Counted from the stretch's first letter, positions 46,198 through 55,786 are shown. The stretch: 64,000 nt of DNA from an uncultured Ignavibacteriales bacterium (GCA_964611355.1 CAZSYD010000002.1:10409-74408); one strand, 5' to 3'. Translations and numbers: made by a program. Notes: generated by a model not told the origin, from the sequence alone.

Positions 46198-47511
46198 ATG
46201 CTTAGAAAATTAATCCTGATCGTTGCGGTTTTGACTGCAGGTTGCTCACAAAGCCTCTATATGCAGGGCAGGAAGCTTTCCGATGAGGGCAGGTACGACA
46301 GGGCGATAGAAGTCTTTTATGATGCAATCAAGGCCAATCCCCAAAGCGGCGGCGCCTGGCGGGAACTGGGCGTGGCCTTTTATAAAAAGGGCGATCTGGA
46401 AAAGGCCGAAGAAGCACTCAAGCAGGCCGCAGGCATTAAGCCCGACGCGCGGACCAACCTTTATATCGGGCTGACTTACGAAAAGCAGAATGAGTATCGA
46501 CCGGCAATAGACGCCTACCGAGCCGCCCTGAGTCTTAAACCGCGCGGGAAAACCAACAATCTGATTCGAGCCCACCTGGATGGGTTGATCTCGAAAAAGA
46601 TCAAGCAGGAGGTCGATCTGGCCCTGAGCAATGAAGGGGAAATAGACGTTGATGCTATTCCCGAAAACACGGTGGCCGTGGTCGATTTTGATGATACCCA
46701 TCTGTCGCCGGAGCTGGCGCCGATAAGCAGGGGGCTTGCGGAATTTACATCCTATGATCTATCGAAGGTAAATTCGCTGCGTGTTATCGAAAGGCTGAAA
46801 ATAAGCGAAATACTGAGCGAACTTCAATTAAGCTCTTCGCAGTTTGCCGATCGGTCGGTTGCTCCACGTGTGGGGAGGCTTTTGGGCAGCAGGAAAATCA
46901 TCACCGGTACGGTTCTGGGTATCGGCGGCGATGCCATCCGGCTCGACGGTGCGGTGGTGAACACCAAAGACAGTTCGGCGGAACTGACCGACCCTGTCGA
47001 AGGCGCTTTGCAGGGAATATTCAAGGTACAGAAGGATTTTGTATTTGGGGTTATCGACAGCCTGGGTATCACTCTTACCGCGCAGGAACGGAACGCCATT
47101 GAGGAAATCCCGACCGAATCGTACCTGGCTTTTCTGGCTTACTGCCGCGGTCTGGACTACAAGGGCCGGGGAATGCTAAAGGAAGCGCATCGCGAATTCA
47201 ATAATGCCGCCGGGATTGACGGTAATTTTCATGAAGCCAATGTTCAAGCCAAAGAGATTTCGCACATGTCGGGGGCCGAATTTGAACGCAGCGCTTCTCC
47301 CGAACAGTTCGAAACGACGGTTTTGGACGAGTCCGATCAGGAAATGTGGTCGGACGGCCTTGACCGAATACATACAGCCGCATTGAACAGCTCCGGTTTC
47401 ATGTATAATATGGACCTGTACAATTGGCGAAGCAGTCTGACCGACGCGCCGCCGCAATTGGACAGCGACCGGGGAAGGGTCATAATCAGAGGTAATCTTG
47501 ATGTTGATTAA
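46198..47511 (+). CDS. Lipoprotein with TPRs and CsgG/FlgO-like domain
   Basis: Lipobox LTAGC; TPRs; VAVVDFDD...LRVIERLKISEILSE...VGRLLGSRKIITG. Confidence 0.75.
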   Translation: MLRKLILIVAVLTAGCSQSLYMQGRKLSDEGRYDRAIEVFYDAIKANPQSGGAWRELGVAFYKKGDLEKAEEALKQAAGIKPDARTNLYIGLTYEKQNEYRPAIDAYRAALSLKPRGKTNNLIRAHLDGLISKKIKQEVDLALSNEGEIDVDAIPENTVAVVDFDDTHLSPELAPISRGLAEFTSYDLSKVNSLRVIERLKISEILSELQLSSSQFADRSVAPRVGRLLGSRKIITGTVLGIGGDAIRLDGAVVNTKDSSAELTDPVEGALQGIFKVQKDFVFGVIDSLGITLTAQERNAIEEIPTESYLAFLAYCRGLDYKGRGMLKEAHREFNNAAGIDGNFHEANVQAKEISHMSGAEFERSASPEQFETTVLDESDQEMWSDGLDRIHTAALNSSGFMYNMDLYNWRSSLTDAPPQLDSDRGRVIIRGNLDVD

Positions 47512-48619
47512 TGGATTTATCAAAGTCGCAGGGATGGCTGGAGTTGTGGTCGCAGTTTCCTGTGTGGCCGCCTTTGGTCAGATAATCTATGGTCAGCCGC
47601 CGTCGGGCAACGCAGGATTTGTTTACAGCCACTGGAGCATCAGCGACACTATTGAGGTCAATCAAATAATGGTCCCGATCAACGGCTTTATTCCTCTGCA
47701 GGACAACCTTGAACTGCGTTTTTCCGCCGCCAGCGCCTCGAATAAACTGGAATACGGCGGGGAAGACCTAGAGCTTTCAGGATTGGGTGACCTGCGTCTC
47801 CAAATGAATCAGTCTCTGGCCGATGACAGGTTTCTTTTAAGCCTCGGACTTAATTTGCCGACCGGCAAGAAAAAGCTGAGCTTTAATGAAGAATGGGTGG
47901 TGTTGAAGGTGCTCTCTTTGGACTACCTCGACTTTCCCGTGCGGCGTCTCGGCGAAGGTTTTGGTCTTAACATCATGGCCGGCGGAGCGGAAATGCTGGG
48001 GTCGATGCGTGTCGGCGGGGCGCTTATGTACCAATATAACGGTACCTATGAGCCTTATGAAACCGGTGATGAGTATAACCCCGGCAATCAGTTCAGCGTT
48101 ATTTCCGGCGTCGATCAGACGGGCGACGGGTATATGCTTACCGCCAATGCCGTCTATTCGGTTTACACTACCGATAAATTGGAAGACAGGAAAATATTTT
48201 GCCAGAGTCCCATGTTTAGTCTTCTCCTGGGTGGTATTTTCGATAACAAAACTTATCAGATCGGCGCCGATATCGGATTGCTGCTTCGGGGGCGTAATGC
48301 TCGCTATGACAGCACGCAAGCCAAAATAGAACAACTAAAAGCTTACGGAAATGAGTTTTTAATTGCCGGTCGGTTCTCATGGATACCGAATAAAAACTGG
48401 CGTATGACGCCTTCGGTGGAGTTAAGAATCATTGGTGAGAATGAGTATAAGCTTGAAGGCGCCAACGTCTTTGGCCTTGGAGGCGAAATCGTCAGGAATA
48501 TCGGCGAGGGCGTTGATATTGGTGTCGCCCTCAAGTACTTCACCGGCAGCTCCGACGGCGGCGATATCGACCTCAGCGGTTATCAACTGTCGGCCAGTCT
48601 TATGACTGCCTTTAAGTGA
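47498..48619 (+). CDS. Putative outer-membrane beta-barrel protein
   Basis: Signal peptide, alternating amphipathic beta-strands, LNLPTGK motif, terminal ...LMTAFK. Confidence 0.6.
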   Translation: MMLINGFIKVAGMAGVVVAVSCVAAFGQIIYGQPPSGNAGFVYSHWSISDTIEVNQIMVPINGFIPLQDNLELRFSAASASNKLEYGGEDLELSGLGDLRLQMNQSLADDRFLLSLGLNLPTGKKKLSFNEEWVVLKVLSLDYLDFPVRRLGEGFGLNIMAGGAEMLGSMRVGGALMYQYNGTYEPYETGDEYNPGNQFSVISGVDQTGDGYMLTANAVYSVYTTDKLEDRKIFCQSPMFSLLLGGIFDNKTYQIGADIGLLLRGRNARYDSTQAKIEQLKAYGNEFLIAGRFSWIPNKNWRMTPSVELRIIGENEYKLEGANVFGLGGEIVRNIGEGVDIGVALKYFTGSSDGGDIDLSGYQLSASLMTAFK

Positions 48620-48630
48620 GAGTGAATACT

Positions 48631-49506
48631 ATGCGAAATAAAACCCTGAATAAAACGTTAGCAATTGTATTTGGCGTCTTTGTTGCGGTCTGTTTGGCTG
48701 CCGGTTGTTCGGAGAAGATCGTCAGCATACAGGAAAAGGGCGTCGAAGTATCAATGTGCGCCAAATTGTCAACGCCTGCAATGGCGCAGTATATAGACCA
48801 TTTTCAGGTTATGGTCATGGCGCGGGATTTTATCCCGCCGATTATCGAGCCGCTTGAGTTCATTGACGGTTACCTGAGAGGCGAGGTTATTGTTCCCGCC
48901 GGCAGAGAAAGGATTTTTGTTGTCCAGGCTTTTGATAAAGAAGACAATATGCTCTATTCCGGAATAACCGTTGCCGACGTACTACCGGGTAAAACAGTGG
49001 AATTGTCGATCGACCTTTATCCGATCGCGCCCATGCTGTATATCACGCCGCATTATCAAAGAGTTGAAATGGATAGCTCTTTTACCGTCGGCATAATGAT
49101 AAACATGGTTCCAGAGCTCAGCAGCATTTCGTTCTATGTTTCCAGCAATGATGCACCGATCTATATTCAGTCAGTCACGGAGGGAACGGATATCGATACC
49201 GCCAATAGCCGGTTATCGGAGGAGCATGACGATTTATCGGCCTATGTAGATATTAGCTGGTATAATCAGCCGATTGGGAGTCTGACGGACGTGGCAGGCA
49301 ATGCTCATCTGGCAACCATTGATTTCGGATCTTATTATGATTGGGCTTACGATACCGCTACCGCTGTCCTGGATTTGCAAATCCATTCCATGATAAGCAC
49401 TGACGGCGATACTATCTACATTTCCGGCGGTATTATTTCAACCCAATCTGTATTTACAGATAGAGGTGTGATAGAATTGTTCTATGAGCCTGGCGGTGCC
49501 AAGTGA
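48631..49506 (+). CDS. Lipoprotein with Ig/cohesin-like domains
   Basis: Lipobox LAAGC; beta-rich; SSFTVGIMI...LATIDF cohesin-like segment. Confidence 0.55.
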   Translation: MRNKTLNKTLAIVFGVFVAVCLAAGCSEKIVSIQEKGVEVSMCAKLSTPAMAQYIDHFQVMVMARDFIPPIIEPLEFIDGYLRGEVIVPAGRERIFVVQAFDKEDNMLYSGITVADVLPGKTVELSIDLYPIAPMLYITPHYQRVEMDSSFTVGIMINMVPELSSISFYVSSNDAPIYIQSVTEGTDIDTANSRLSEEHDDLSAYVDISWYNQPIGSLTDVAGNAHLATIDFGSYYDWAYDTATAVLDLQIHSMISTDGDTIYISGGIISTQSVFTDRGVIELFYEPGGAK

Positions 49507-49540
49507 AATGCGCTGATAATAAATAGTGTCATTCGCTTCA

Positions 49541-49575
49541 AAAAAAAGGTGACCCGGCCCCAGTCACCTTTTTTT
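49541..49575. terminator. Bidirectional intrinsic terminator at the 3' end of the T6SS locus
   Basis: AAAAAAAGGTGAC-CCGGCCCCA-GTCACCTTTTTTT. Confidence 0.92.
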
Positions 49576-49597
49576 AAATGCTTTATAAGATAGTCCC

Positions 49598-50128
49598 TTA
49601 TTCGCCTTCAAGAATAAGCGTCTCGGCCACCGTTGCGGTATAGATTTCGTTTGTTGCGATTTCCCCCTGGCCGCCTTTTATAAACAACCCGAAGATGAAA
49701 AGATAAGAAAGAGTCTTTTTGCTTTTGCCTTTGTTTTCCACGTCGCCGGTGAGCTTTATCTTTGATTCGTCAGGGGGCTGGTAACTGCCCTTTGTTTCCA
49801 ACTCAACGAATTCAACCTTGATATATCCCGGCTTGCCCGCCTTTTTGGCCTTTTCGGCTTCCGCAACTCGGGCGGTTCCCTGCGCTCCTTCTTCGACAAT
49901 CGTTTTGCTGCCGATCATGATCGGTTCGGCCAGCGTGATAAGCAGCGGAATATCTTTGGCCAGTTCGCCGGAAGATATTTTCATCCCGGGGGCGAATTTG
50001 ACTTTGACTTTTGTCCCTCGAGGAAGCTGAATGGTTGCGGCCTGGAGGGAAACGGCGCATACAAGAGATATCAAAACGAAGTATATTGCAATCCGAGTAA
50101 GATATTTTTCCGATATTTTAAGACTCAT
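49598..50128 (-). CDS. Exported VirB10/TrbI-like beta-domain protein, last gene of the T6SS operon
   Basis: Signal peptide (SLQA-A); LPRGTKVKV...ISSGE...ITLAEPIMIGSKTIVEEGAQGTARV...KKAGKPGYIKVEFVEL pattern; hydrophobic segment LSYLFIFGLFI; GGAG RBS. Confidence 0.5.
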   Translation of the reverse strand: MSLKISEKYLTRIAIYFVLISLVCAVSLQAATIQLPRGTKVKVKFAPGMKISSGELAKDIPLLITLAEPIMIGSKTIVEEGAQGTARVAEAEKAKKAGKPGYIKVEFVELETKGSYQPPDESKIKLTGDVENKGKSKKTLSYLFIFGLFIKGGQGEIATNEIYTATVAETLILEGE

Positions 50129-50163
50129 GGTTTGCTCCTTGTCTTTTTTATAAATCTCTGTCC

Positions 50164-52368
50164 CTATTCTTTCAACTTCGGAAGCTGATCCACAAGCGGA
50201 GGGATAAACCTGATGTTGACCTTTTTGCCGATATTATCGAATGATACGGTTCCATCCATATCAAAAAGAGAATACTTGCCCCGCAGAATTGTCTTGTCGC
50301 TCGATTCCCGGCCCCAAGTTTCCGCCTGCATGAGGGTATCAATGGCAATATGGATAATATCGCTGACTTTCCACTTAAGTTTATATTCGAAGCCGGCCAG
50401 TATCTGCGACTCTTCCTGCCAGCCGGGGTCTTTTCCTTTTTCGGCTACTTCAATGTGAAGATGGCCGTCGCTGGGGATACTTTCCACCTTGTAATTGAAC
50501 GTTTTCTTCTTGTCCCACTTTTTGGCCTGCGAAAGGTACTTGTCGATCATCTGAATGCTTTTCTTGTCGACGCCCGGATCGAGGCTTTTTCTGATTTTTT
50601 TCAGTTCCGCGACGGCATCGCCCAGACGGTAAGACGGGGAATCATTGCCGTTTATTTGATCGATCAGGTCGTCAAGCTCCACGGCGGCCTTTTTGGCCAC
50701 TTCCTTTTTAACCTTTTTGATTTTCCTTTCCGAGAGAGCGTCCCCCAGAAGAATTTCTTCCCTGGACAATGTCTGGCTGTAAAGGCTCTTGTCGGTGCGA
50801 ACCTGTTCCTGAATGGTTTTCCAGATGGTCGTATCGGAAGGGCTGGCGACCGCCCTGGTAAACATATCCCAGTAGGCCAGGGCGCGCCCGCTGCGCGTGA
50901 ATAAAATCGAGGTTTCGTCCCCCTTATGGTAATTATCAAGTGTGGCCACAAGCCTTTCGTGTTCGCTGGTGAGGATCACGGTGCTGTCACTCGGATTCAA
51001 CCTGGGCCAGAGAGTAATGTCTTTGACGATTGTCGCAAACCGGGCGATATGTTCGTTAAGGTATTTGATCGCTTCCCTCTCGTTATATCCCATATACCCT
51101 TCGCGAATTCGCTGGGCGGGTCCCTGAAAAGGCTCAAAAAACCATTTAACCGTGTAGGCGCGCTCATAGTTGCGATAAGCCCTGATAATCCTGCCGCGTT
51201 CCTTGTCGGAGGCGCTGTACATATTGCCGCCGTAAGCGGTAAGTATTTCGTTTTCGATTCTCTGCGGTTTGGGATAGAGGAGCTTGAAGTGGTATAAGTT
51301 GGGAAGTGAAAAAAGCACAATCCAAATCAGGCTGATAAGCGCGGCGTATTTGGCCACGGTTCTGAAGCGCGATATTCTTTTATTGCGACCGATGGCGTTG
51401 AGCAGCCAGTAAAACGGTTCCTTGACGCCGACCGGCTGTATTTTATCCGGCGGGACGTAGAGGGAACGGCCGACGTCGGTTCCTATTTTTTCCGGAGTTA
51501 CGCCGGTGGCGGAAACGAAGAAAATCTGCAGATCGAGCGTCCGGCCAAGAATCACCCGCAGGAAGTCCTTAAGCTTTACCAGAACATTTCTGACCGAGCC
51601 GGCCCAGGCGGAATCGGAAGCGATCAGATTACTTTCCAGAACCTTTTCGAGGAAGAATTCAAAATCTTCGGAGACGAGATATTCGTCTTCCGGTTTGATC
51701 AGGACAACGTCTTTGTCATCGGAAAAGCCGGGCAGAATATCGGCCTTGGTTATCACCAGTCCTATCGGAATCGGCAGGCGGGAATCAAGCGGGGCCAGCC
51801 GTTCGACCATGTTGACAAAAGAGGCCACGTGCGATTGGCTTTCCAGTTCGGCGCCCATGATCTTGGGATCGTAGAAGAAGAGCAGTCCGTCGCAGCCCGA
51901 CATAAAGTCGTCCACCTGGTCGGCCTGCTCGCTCTGTTCCGAGATCGAAACGGTTTTGCCGTTATAGTCATAAGAAACAACGGAGAACTTTCTTCTGCGA
52001 TCAACGATGGCATTGAAAAGAAGAAGTTTTCCGGTTACGGTCGGGTTGGGAAACTTCTTTTCCCCTCGAAGATCGACAACCGTCCCGGCATCAACGGCGG
52101 TTCCCAGTCCCCAAATGGCGCGGTAGTTCGACAGGAATTCGCCGGCGGTGGTATTGTCGATGACCGATATCTGGAGATTTTTGGAAATTTTGCATTCTTC
52201 GTTTAAGACGGTAAAATAAACCGTCTTGCCGGAGTTGGCATCGCCATATATACCGATGCGGATGCCTGACGGCCAGATGGTTTCAGGTGCAGCGCCTTTT
52301 TTCCCTTTTCGTTTGGCGGCTGCCTTGGAGCCTTTTTTGAATATCTTTATCAGCTTGCTTATTTTCAT
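50164..52368 (-). CDS. TRAFAC-like P-loop GTPase domain, single TM and large periplasmic domain (TssM-like topology)
   Basis: G1 GDANSGKT, G3 DYNG, G4 TKAD, G5 VSAT; TM YAALISLIWIVLFSL at about aa 340; about 370-aa C-terminal domain. Confidence 0.7.
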   Translation of the reverse strand: MKISKLIKIFKKGSKAAAKRKGKKGAAPETIWPSGIRIGIYGDANSGKTVYFTVLNEECKISKNLQISVIDNTTAGEFLSNYRAIWGLGTAVDAGTVVDLRGEKKFPNPTVTGKLLLFNAIVDRRRKFSVVSYDYNGKTVSISEQSEQADQVDDFMSGCDGLLFFYDPKIMGAELESQSHVASFVNMVERLAPLDSRLPIPIGLVITKADILPGFSDDKDVVLIKPEDEYLVSEDFEFFLEKVLESNLIASDSAWAGSVRNVLVKLKDFLRVILGRTLDLQIFFVSATGVTPEKIGTDVGRSLYVPPDKIQPVGVKEPFYWLLNAIGRNKRISRFRTVAKYAALISLIWIVLFSLPNLYHFKLLYPKPQRIENEILTAYGGNMYSASDKERGRIIRAYRNYERAYTVKWFFEPFQGPAQRIREGYMGYNEREAIKYLNEHIARFATIVKDITLWPRLNPSDSTVILTSEHERLVATLDNYHKGDETSILFTRSGRALAYWDMFTRAVASPSDTTIWKTIQEQVRTDKSLYSQTLSREEILLGDALSERKIKKVKKEVAKKAAVELDDLIDQINGNDSPSYRLGDAVAELKKIRKSLDPGVDKKSIQMIDKYLSQAKKWDKKKTFNYKVESIPSDGHLHIEVAEKGKDPGWQEESQILAGFEYKLKWKVSDIIHIAIDTLMQAETWGRESSDKTILRGKYSLFDMDGTVSFDNIGKKVNIRFIPPLVDQLPKLKE

Positions 52369-52382
52369 GATAATGCCGTCAT

Positions 52383-53306
52383 TTATCTGCCTGCGCCGCC
52401 TTGGACGGTTGTGGCCTTCTGCCTGAACTCATCCAGCTTATTATTCGAATAATCCGCCCATTTCAAGGGAACATATACGGCCAGAAAGATAAAAATCAAA
52501 ATTATCGCGCCGTAGAATATATAGGCTCCCGCACGCTGGGTCATAACCAGCCGGAAATAGCGGAAACTCTTGAAGGTTCCCTTAATCCGGCTCCATACGT
52601 CAACCAGCGAACTTTTGAGTTTTGCCCAGAAGCTGGTCTTGCGCAGGTAGTTCCACTGAGTCAGGTATTGGCGATGAAGCCTGTTTTTGACGCTAAGTTT
52701 ACGGAAGGCGTCCACACGGAGAAGGTGAAATTCAAGACTGCTCCTGTCGTCGGCAAGGTCTGTGCCAAGAATCATTCTGCGTCGAAGTAGTTCCAGAAAC
52801 TTGTACGGATCGCTTTTGGCGGCGAAATCCTCCGGAGTAATATCGTCCCGGATGCTTCTGCCGAATTTATTGTAATAGCGGGCGATTTCCTGTAATAGAA
52901 AAGCATTGAGCTGAAAGTTGTTGTTTAGGCTTCCTCCCTTGAAAAGCATCGGCAACAGATGAGTTTCAAAAAAGGGAATATCCTGTTTTACCGGCCGTAA
53001 GTCACGGCAATGGAGATAAGCCTTGTTGGATTGCCCGTCGATATCGGCTTCCGATTCAAAAAAGGTAATCAGTATCTGGATAACTACCTGACGGAAGTCC
53101 GACGAGGTTAACGGAGTTTTCTTGATCTTGTCCAGAAAAACCCGATCAACGTTTACAGCTTCATCACGCTGTCGCGACAGGGCTTTAAACATGGTATAAA
53201 GACCGCCATAAGTCTGCAGAAATGCCTCGGTATCAAACTCGGTGTATCTCGTTTCAAAAGTACCGAAATACCTGAAAAGGTCCTCTATATATGATCTTAT
53301 ATCCAT
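52383..53306 (-). CDS. Hypothetical helical protein with C-terminal TM anchor (TssL-like topology)
   Basis: About 255-aa soluble region, TM YIFYGAIILIFIFLAVYVPL and short tail; lies immediately after tssK. Confidence 0.6.
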   Translation of the reverse strand: MDIRSYIEDLFRYFGTFETRYTEFDTEAFLQTYGGLYTMFKALSRQRDEAVNVDRVFLDKIKKTPLTSSDFRQVVIQILITFFESEADIDGQSNKAYLHCRDLRPVKQDIPFFETHLLPMLFKGGSLNNNFQLNAFLLQEIARYYNKFGRSIRDDITPEDFAAKSDPYKFLELLRRRMILGTDLADDRSSLEFHLLRVDAFRKLSVKNRLHRQYLTQWNYLRKTSFWAKLKSSLVDVWSRIKGTFKSFRYFRLVMTQRAGAYIFYGAIILIFIFLAVYVPLKWADYSNNKLDEFRQKATTVQGGAGR

Positions 53307-53329
53307 TTTCTAAGTCAATCCCGGCTGCC

Positions 53330-54778
53330 TTAGATACTATAAATTATCAAATCCATCTTGCCCAGATTGGCGAATTTTTCGGGATCGTGAGCGCCCCGGA
53401 AAATAAGCGTTATCTGGTTTACCGACGAGCATTCCAGCATATCCCTCGGGTGCAGAGCCACCTTGTTTCCGAAGGCCGTGGTGTCGACGTCGATGGGATC
53501 GGTTTCGCCAAGTCCGCGGGCTTCGTTTAATCCCAGACGCACCTGCATGTTCCGCCATTCGGCGTCGTCAAAAAGATTCTTGGACATCAGGGTTACAAGG
53601 TCTGATATCGGTCGCGGCTTGGATATTTTAATCATGAGATAACAGAGTTCACCCACCCGTTCCAACCGGCTGGCGGCATAAGTCAGGTGGCGATAAGTGC
53701 GGCCGGCGTAGGTCATCGTCTCGGTGGCCACGGCCTGCTCGCCGAGTTCTTCCCGTTTGGTGCGGGCCAGGAAAGTCATGATGCCTTGCAACTTTTCGAG
53801 AATGTCATCGATCATGCGGACTTGTCCGCCCAAATCCTGATGGTTGTACTCGGACAGAACGAAGCCGTCAACTTCAGAGAGAAATTGACCTATATCGGCG
53901 CCAAGTTCTTTGGTAAAGAACTTTTCGTTCAAATAGTCTTTCAGGCCGGGATGGAGGTTAAACAGGGATGAGACCACTCTAAATAGTCTCTTGAAGTAGA
54001 TCACCAGCCTGACGGGGTGCCCGGCATTCGATCCGACTACGAATTCATCGAGAGTGGAGGCCAGATGATAAACCAGGAGATGAACAGTTTCCCTGAACGC
54101 CACCTGCAGGCTGGTGCCGGCTCCGGCCAGGCCGCCTGAAACTGAAATCGCCATAAAGGCGCGTGTCGAAAGCGACAGCGTATTTTCCAGCCGATTCCTG
54201 AATTCGAATGCCTTTTCCGAGAGCCTTTCATCCGCATTAATCGACAGGCATGGCGGAAAGTACCCGGGGGAGATGCTTACCTCGCTGCCGCTGATGGTTA
54301 GCTCGGCTATCTGAATATAGCCCCCCTCCGGCATATTCGGCCGCTTGCCGAGATGCACCGAATAGCTGTTCGTAAGATACGGCGTCCGGGGCAGGTCTTC
54401 GCTCGGATCCGGATCGCCCACCTGTTTTTTGGCGGCCGGATCAACGGCAATGAAAACCGGCACAGTTGTCTCGCTGACTTCCATCTCGCCTCGGATGATA
54501 TCACTGCCTGATCCGTTTATCTCGATATAGCTGCCGTCGGGAGTAAGCGCCTGGCACCTGACCACCTCGACCCGCAGACGGCTGCTGGTAACTGACAGGT
54601 TCATACTTAGAGCCGGTTTGCCGGAGAGCGATTTTCTAACCAGCCCATAACGGTCACCGGCCGTAAAGGTATGCCAGCGTGCCAGAGATTCGAAGTACTT
54701 TTCCTGGTCTTGGAGATGCTGCCTGGTGATCAGCATCCCATCCTGCCAGTTTATGGAATATAACTGCAAGTCACTCAT
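53330..54778 (-). CDS. tssK: T6SS baseplate subunit TssK-like
   Basis: N-terminal INWQDGMLITRQHLQDQE motif typical of TssK; YFPPCL; operon context. Confidence 0.75.
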   Translation of the reverse strand: MSDLQLYSINWQDGMLITRQHLQDQEKYFESLARWHTFTAGDRYGLVRKSLSGKPALSMNLSVTSSRLRVEVVRCQALTPDGSYIEINGSGSDIIRGEMEVSETTVPVFIAVDPAAKKQVGDPDPSEDLPRTPYLTNSYSVHLGKRPNMPEGGYIQIAELTISGSEVSISPGYFPPCLSINADERLSEKAFEFRNRLENTLSLSTRAFMAISVSGGLAGAGTSLQVAFRETVHLLVYHLASTLDEFVVGSNAGHPVRLVIYFKRLFRVVSSLFNLHPGLKDYLNEKFFTKELGADIGQFLSEVDGFVLSEYNHQDLGGQVRMIDDILEKLQGIMTFLARTKREELGEQAVATETMTYAGRTYRHLTYAASRLERVGELCYLMIKISKPRPISDLVTLMSKNLFDDAEWRNMQVRLGLNEARGLGETDPIDVDTTAFGNKVALHPRDMLECSSVNQITLIFRGAHDPEKFANLGKMDLIIYSI

Positions 54779-54802
54779 TGTCTTGCCTCAAAAAGTATAA
54801 AG

Positions 54803-54831
54803 AAGTTATATACGTTCATCTTTAATGTCAA
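54803..54831 (-). promoter_or_regulatory. Internal sigma70-type promoter upstream of tssK
   Basis: Minus strand TTGACA-N17-TAACTT in an AT-rich 105-nt gap. Confidence 0.55.
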
Positions 54832-54883
54832 GATCAATAAAATCTTTGTTTTCAGGTTGTTTGCTATCTTTGCTCCATCGTCT

Positions 54884-55786
54884 CTAAACGCGGGTCGAAT
54901 AGCCGAGTCGGGCTCGATCCCCCAGATGCATTGTCCCTGCGTCGGTTTCGAATGTAATCCGGTAGTCCAGGTTACTCGGCATGCAGATATTCAGTACCCA
55001 CTCCACTTTTTTGCGTTTCTTCCCTCCCGGCAGGAATTCGGCGATTTCGCCGGGGGCAATGCCACTTACGATAATGCGGTACGCCGAATCATATTCAATA
55101 AAAGTTTTGCCCAGGACTGTTTCTTTACCAAGCCGGCCGGTTTTCGAACCCAGTCTATATCTTATCTCCTCCGGGATTTCAAAGTCAGACCTGATATTTT
55201 CGATTATCCTGAAGCGATACCCGAACATCCTGCTCATAATCTCAGCCGCTTTATCGGGATTCCCGGCCCACCGGTGAAAGTCAGGCAGGATGGTTGCCCA
55301 GAGAAGCGCCGCCTTGTGGTCGGAGGCGTTTTCGATTCCAAAATCGAACAGGTCGAGGAAACGTGATAACTGTTCCTTATCCGGAACGGAGAAGTTGAAT
55401 TTGAGCGTTTGGCGTCGGGCAAACGCCTCGTATTTGATTTCAGGGTTATCGAAAGGAGCCATTAGTCGGCGGGCTCGATCTTCCCACGCCGACCCCACCG
55501 ATCGGCGGCCTTCAAGCCCGTAGAAGAACTGGTACGGCAGTTTGTCCGTGGCTCCGGAACAGCCGATTTCAAGGACGATGCGGGTGTTTCGTGAAAGCGG
55601 AGTTCCCGGCGGCGGTTCCTGTTTCAGGATTTCGCCTTTGTAGTTTTCGAATTTACCGACAGGCAGCAGATCTACCTGATTGAGATCAACCCCTGTCTTA
55701 ATCAAAAGATTCAATCCGGTGGCGAAGTGGAGTTGATTCCGTCGATTGCAGAGGTCGGGCATCCGTAACTGGCCGTCGGAAATCAT
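54884..55786 (-). CDS. tssG: T6SS baseplate subunit TssG (subtype iii-like)
   Basis: GATDKLPYQFFY resembles the GxYDxLPExLFH motif; LGKETVLG; C-terminal LGYSTRV; overlaps the tssF stop (ATGA). Confidence 0.72.
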   Translation of the reverse strand: MISDGQLRMPDLCNRRNQLHFATGLNLLIKTGVDLNQVDLLPVGKFENYKGEILKQEPPPGTPLSRNTRIVLEIGCSGATDKLPYQFFYGLEGRRSVGSAWEDRARRLMAPFDNPEIKYEAFARRQTLKFNFSVPDKEQLSRFLDLFDFGIENASDHKAALLWATILPDFHRWAGNPDKAAEIMSRMFGYRFRIIENIRSDFEIPEEIRYRLGSKTGRLGKETVLGKTFIEYDSAYRIIVSGIAPGEIAEFLPGGKKRKKVEWVLNICMPSNLDYRITFETDAGTMHLGDRARLGYSTRV

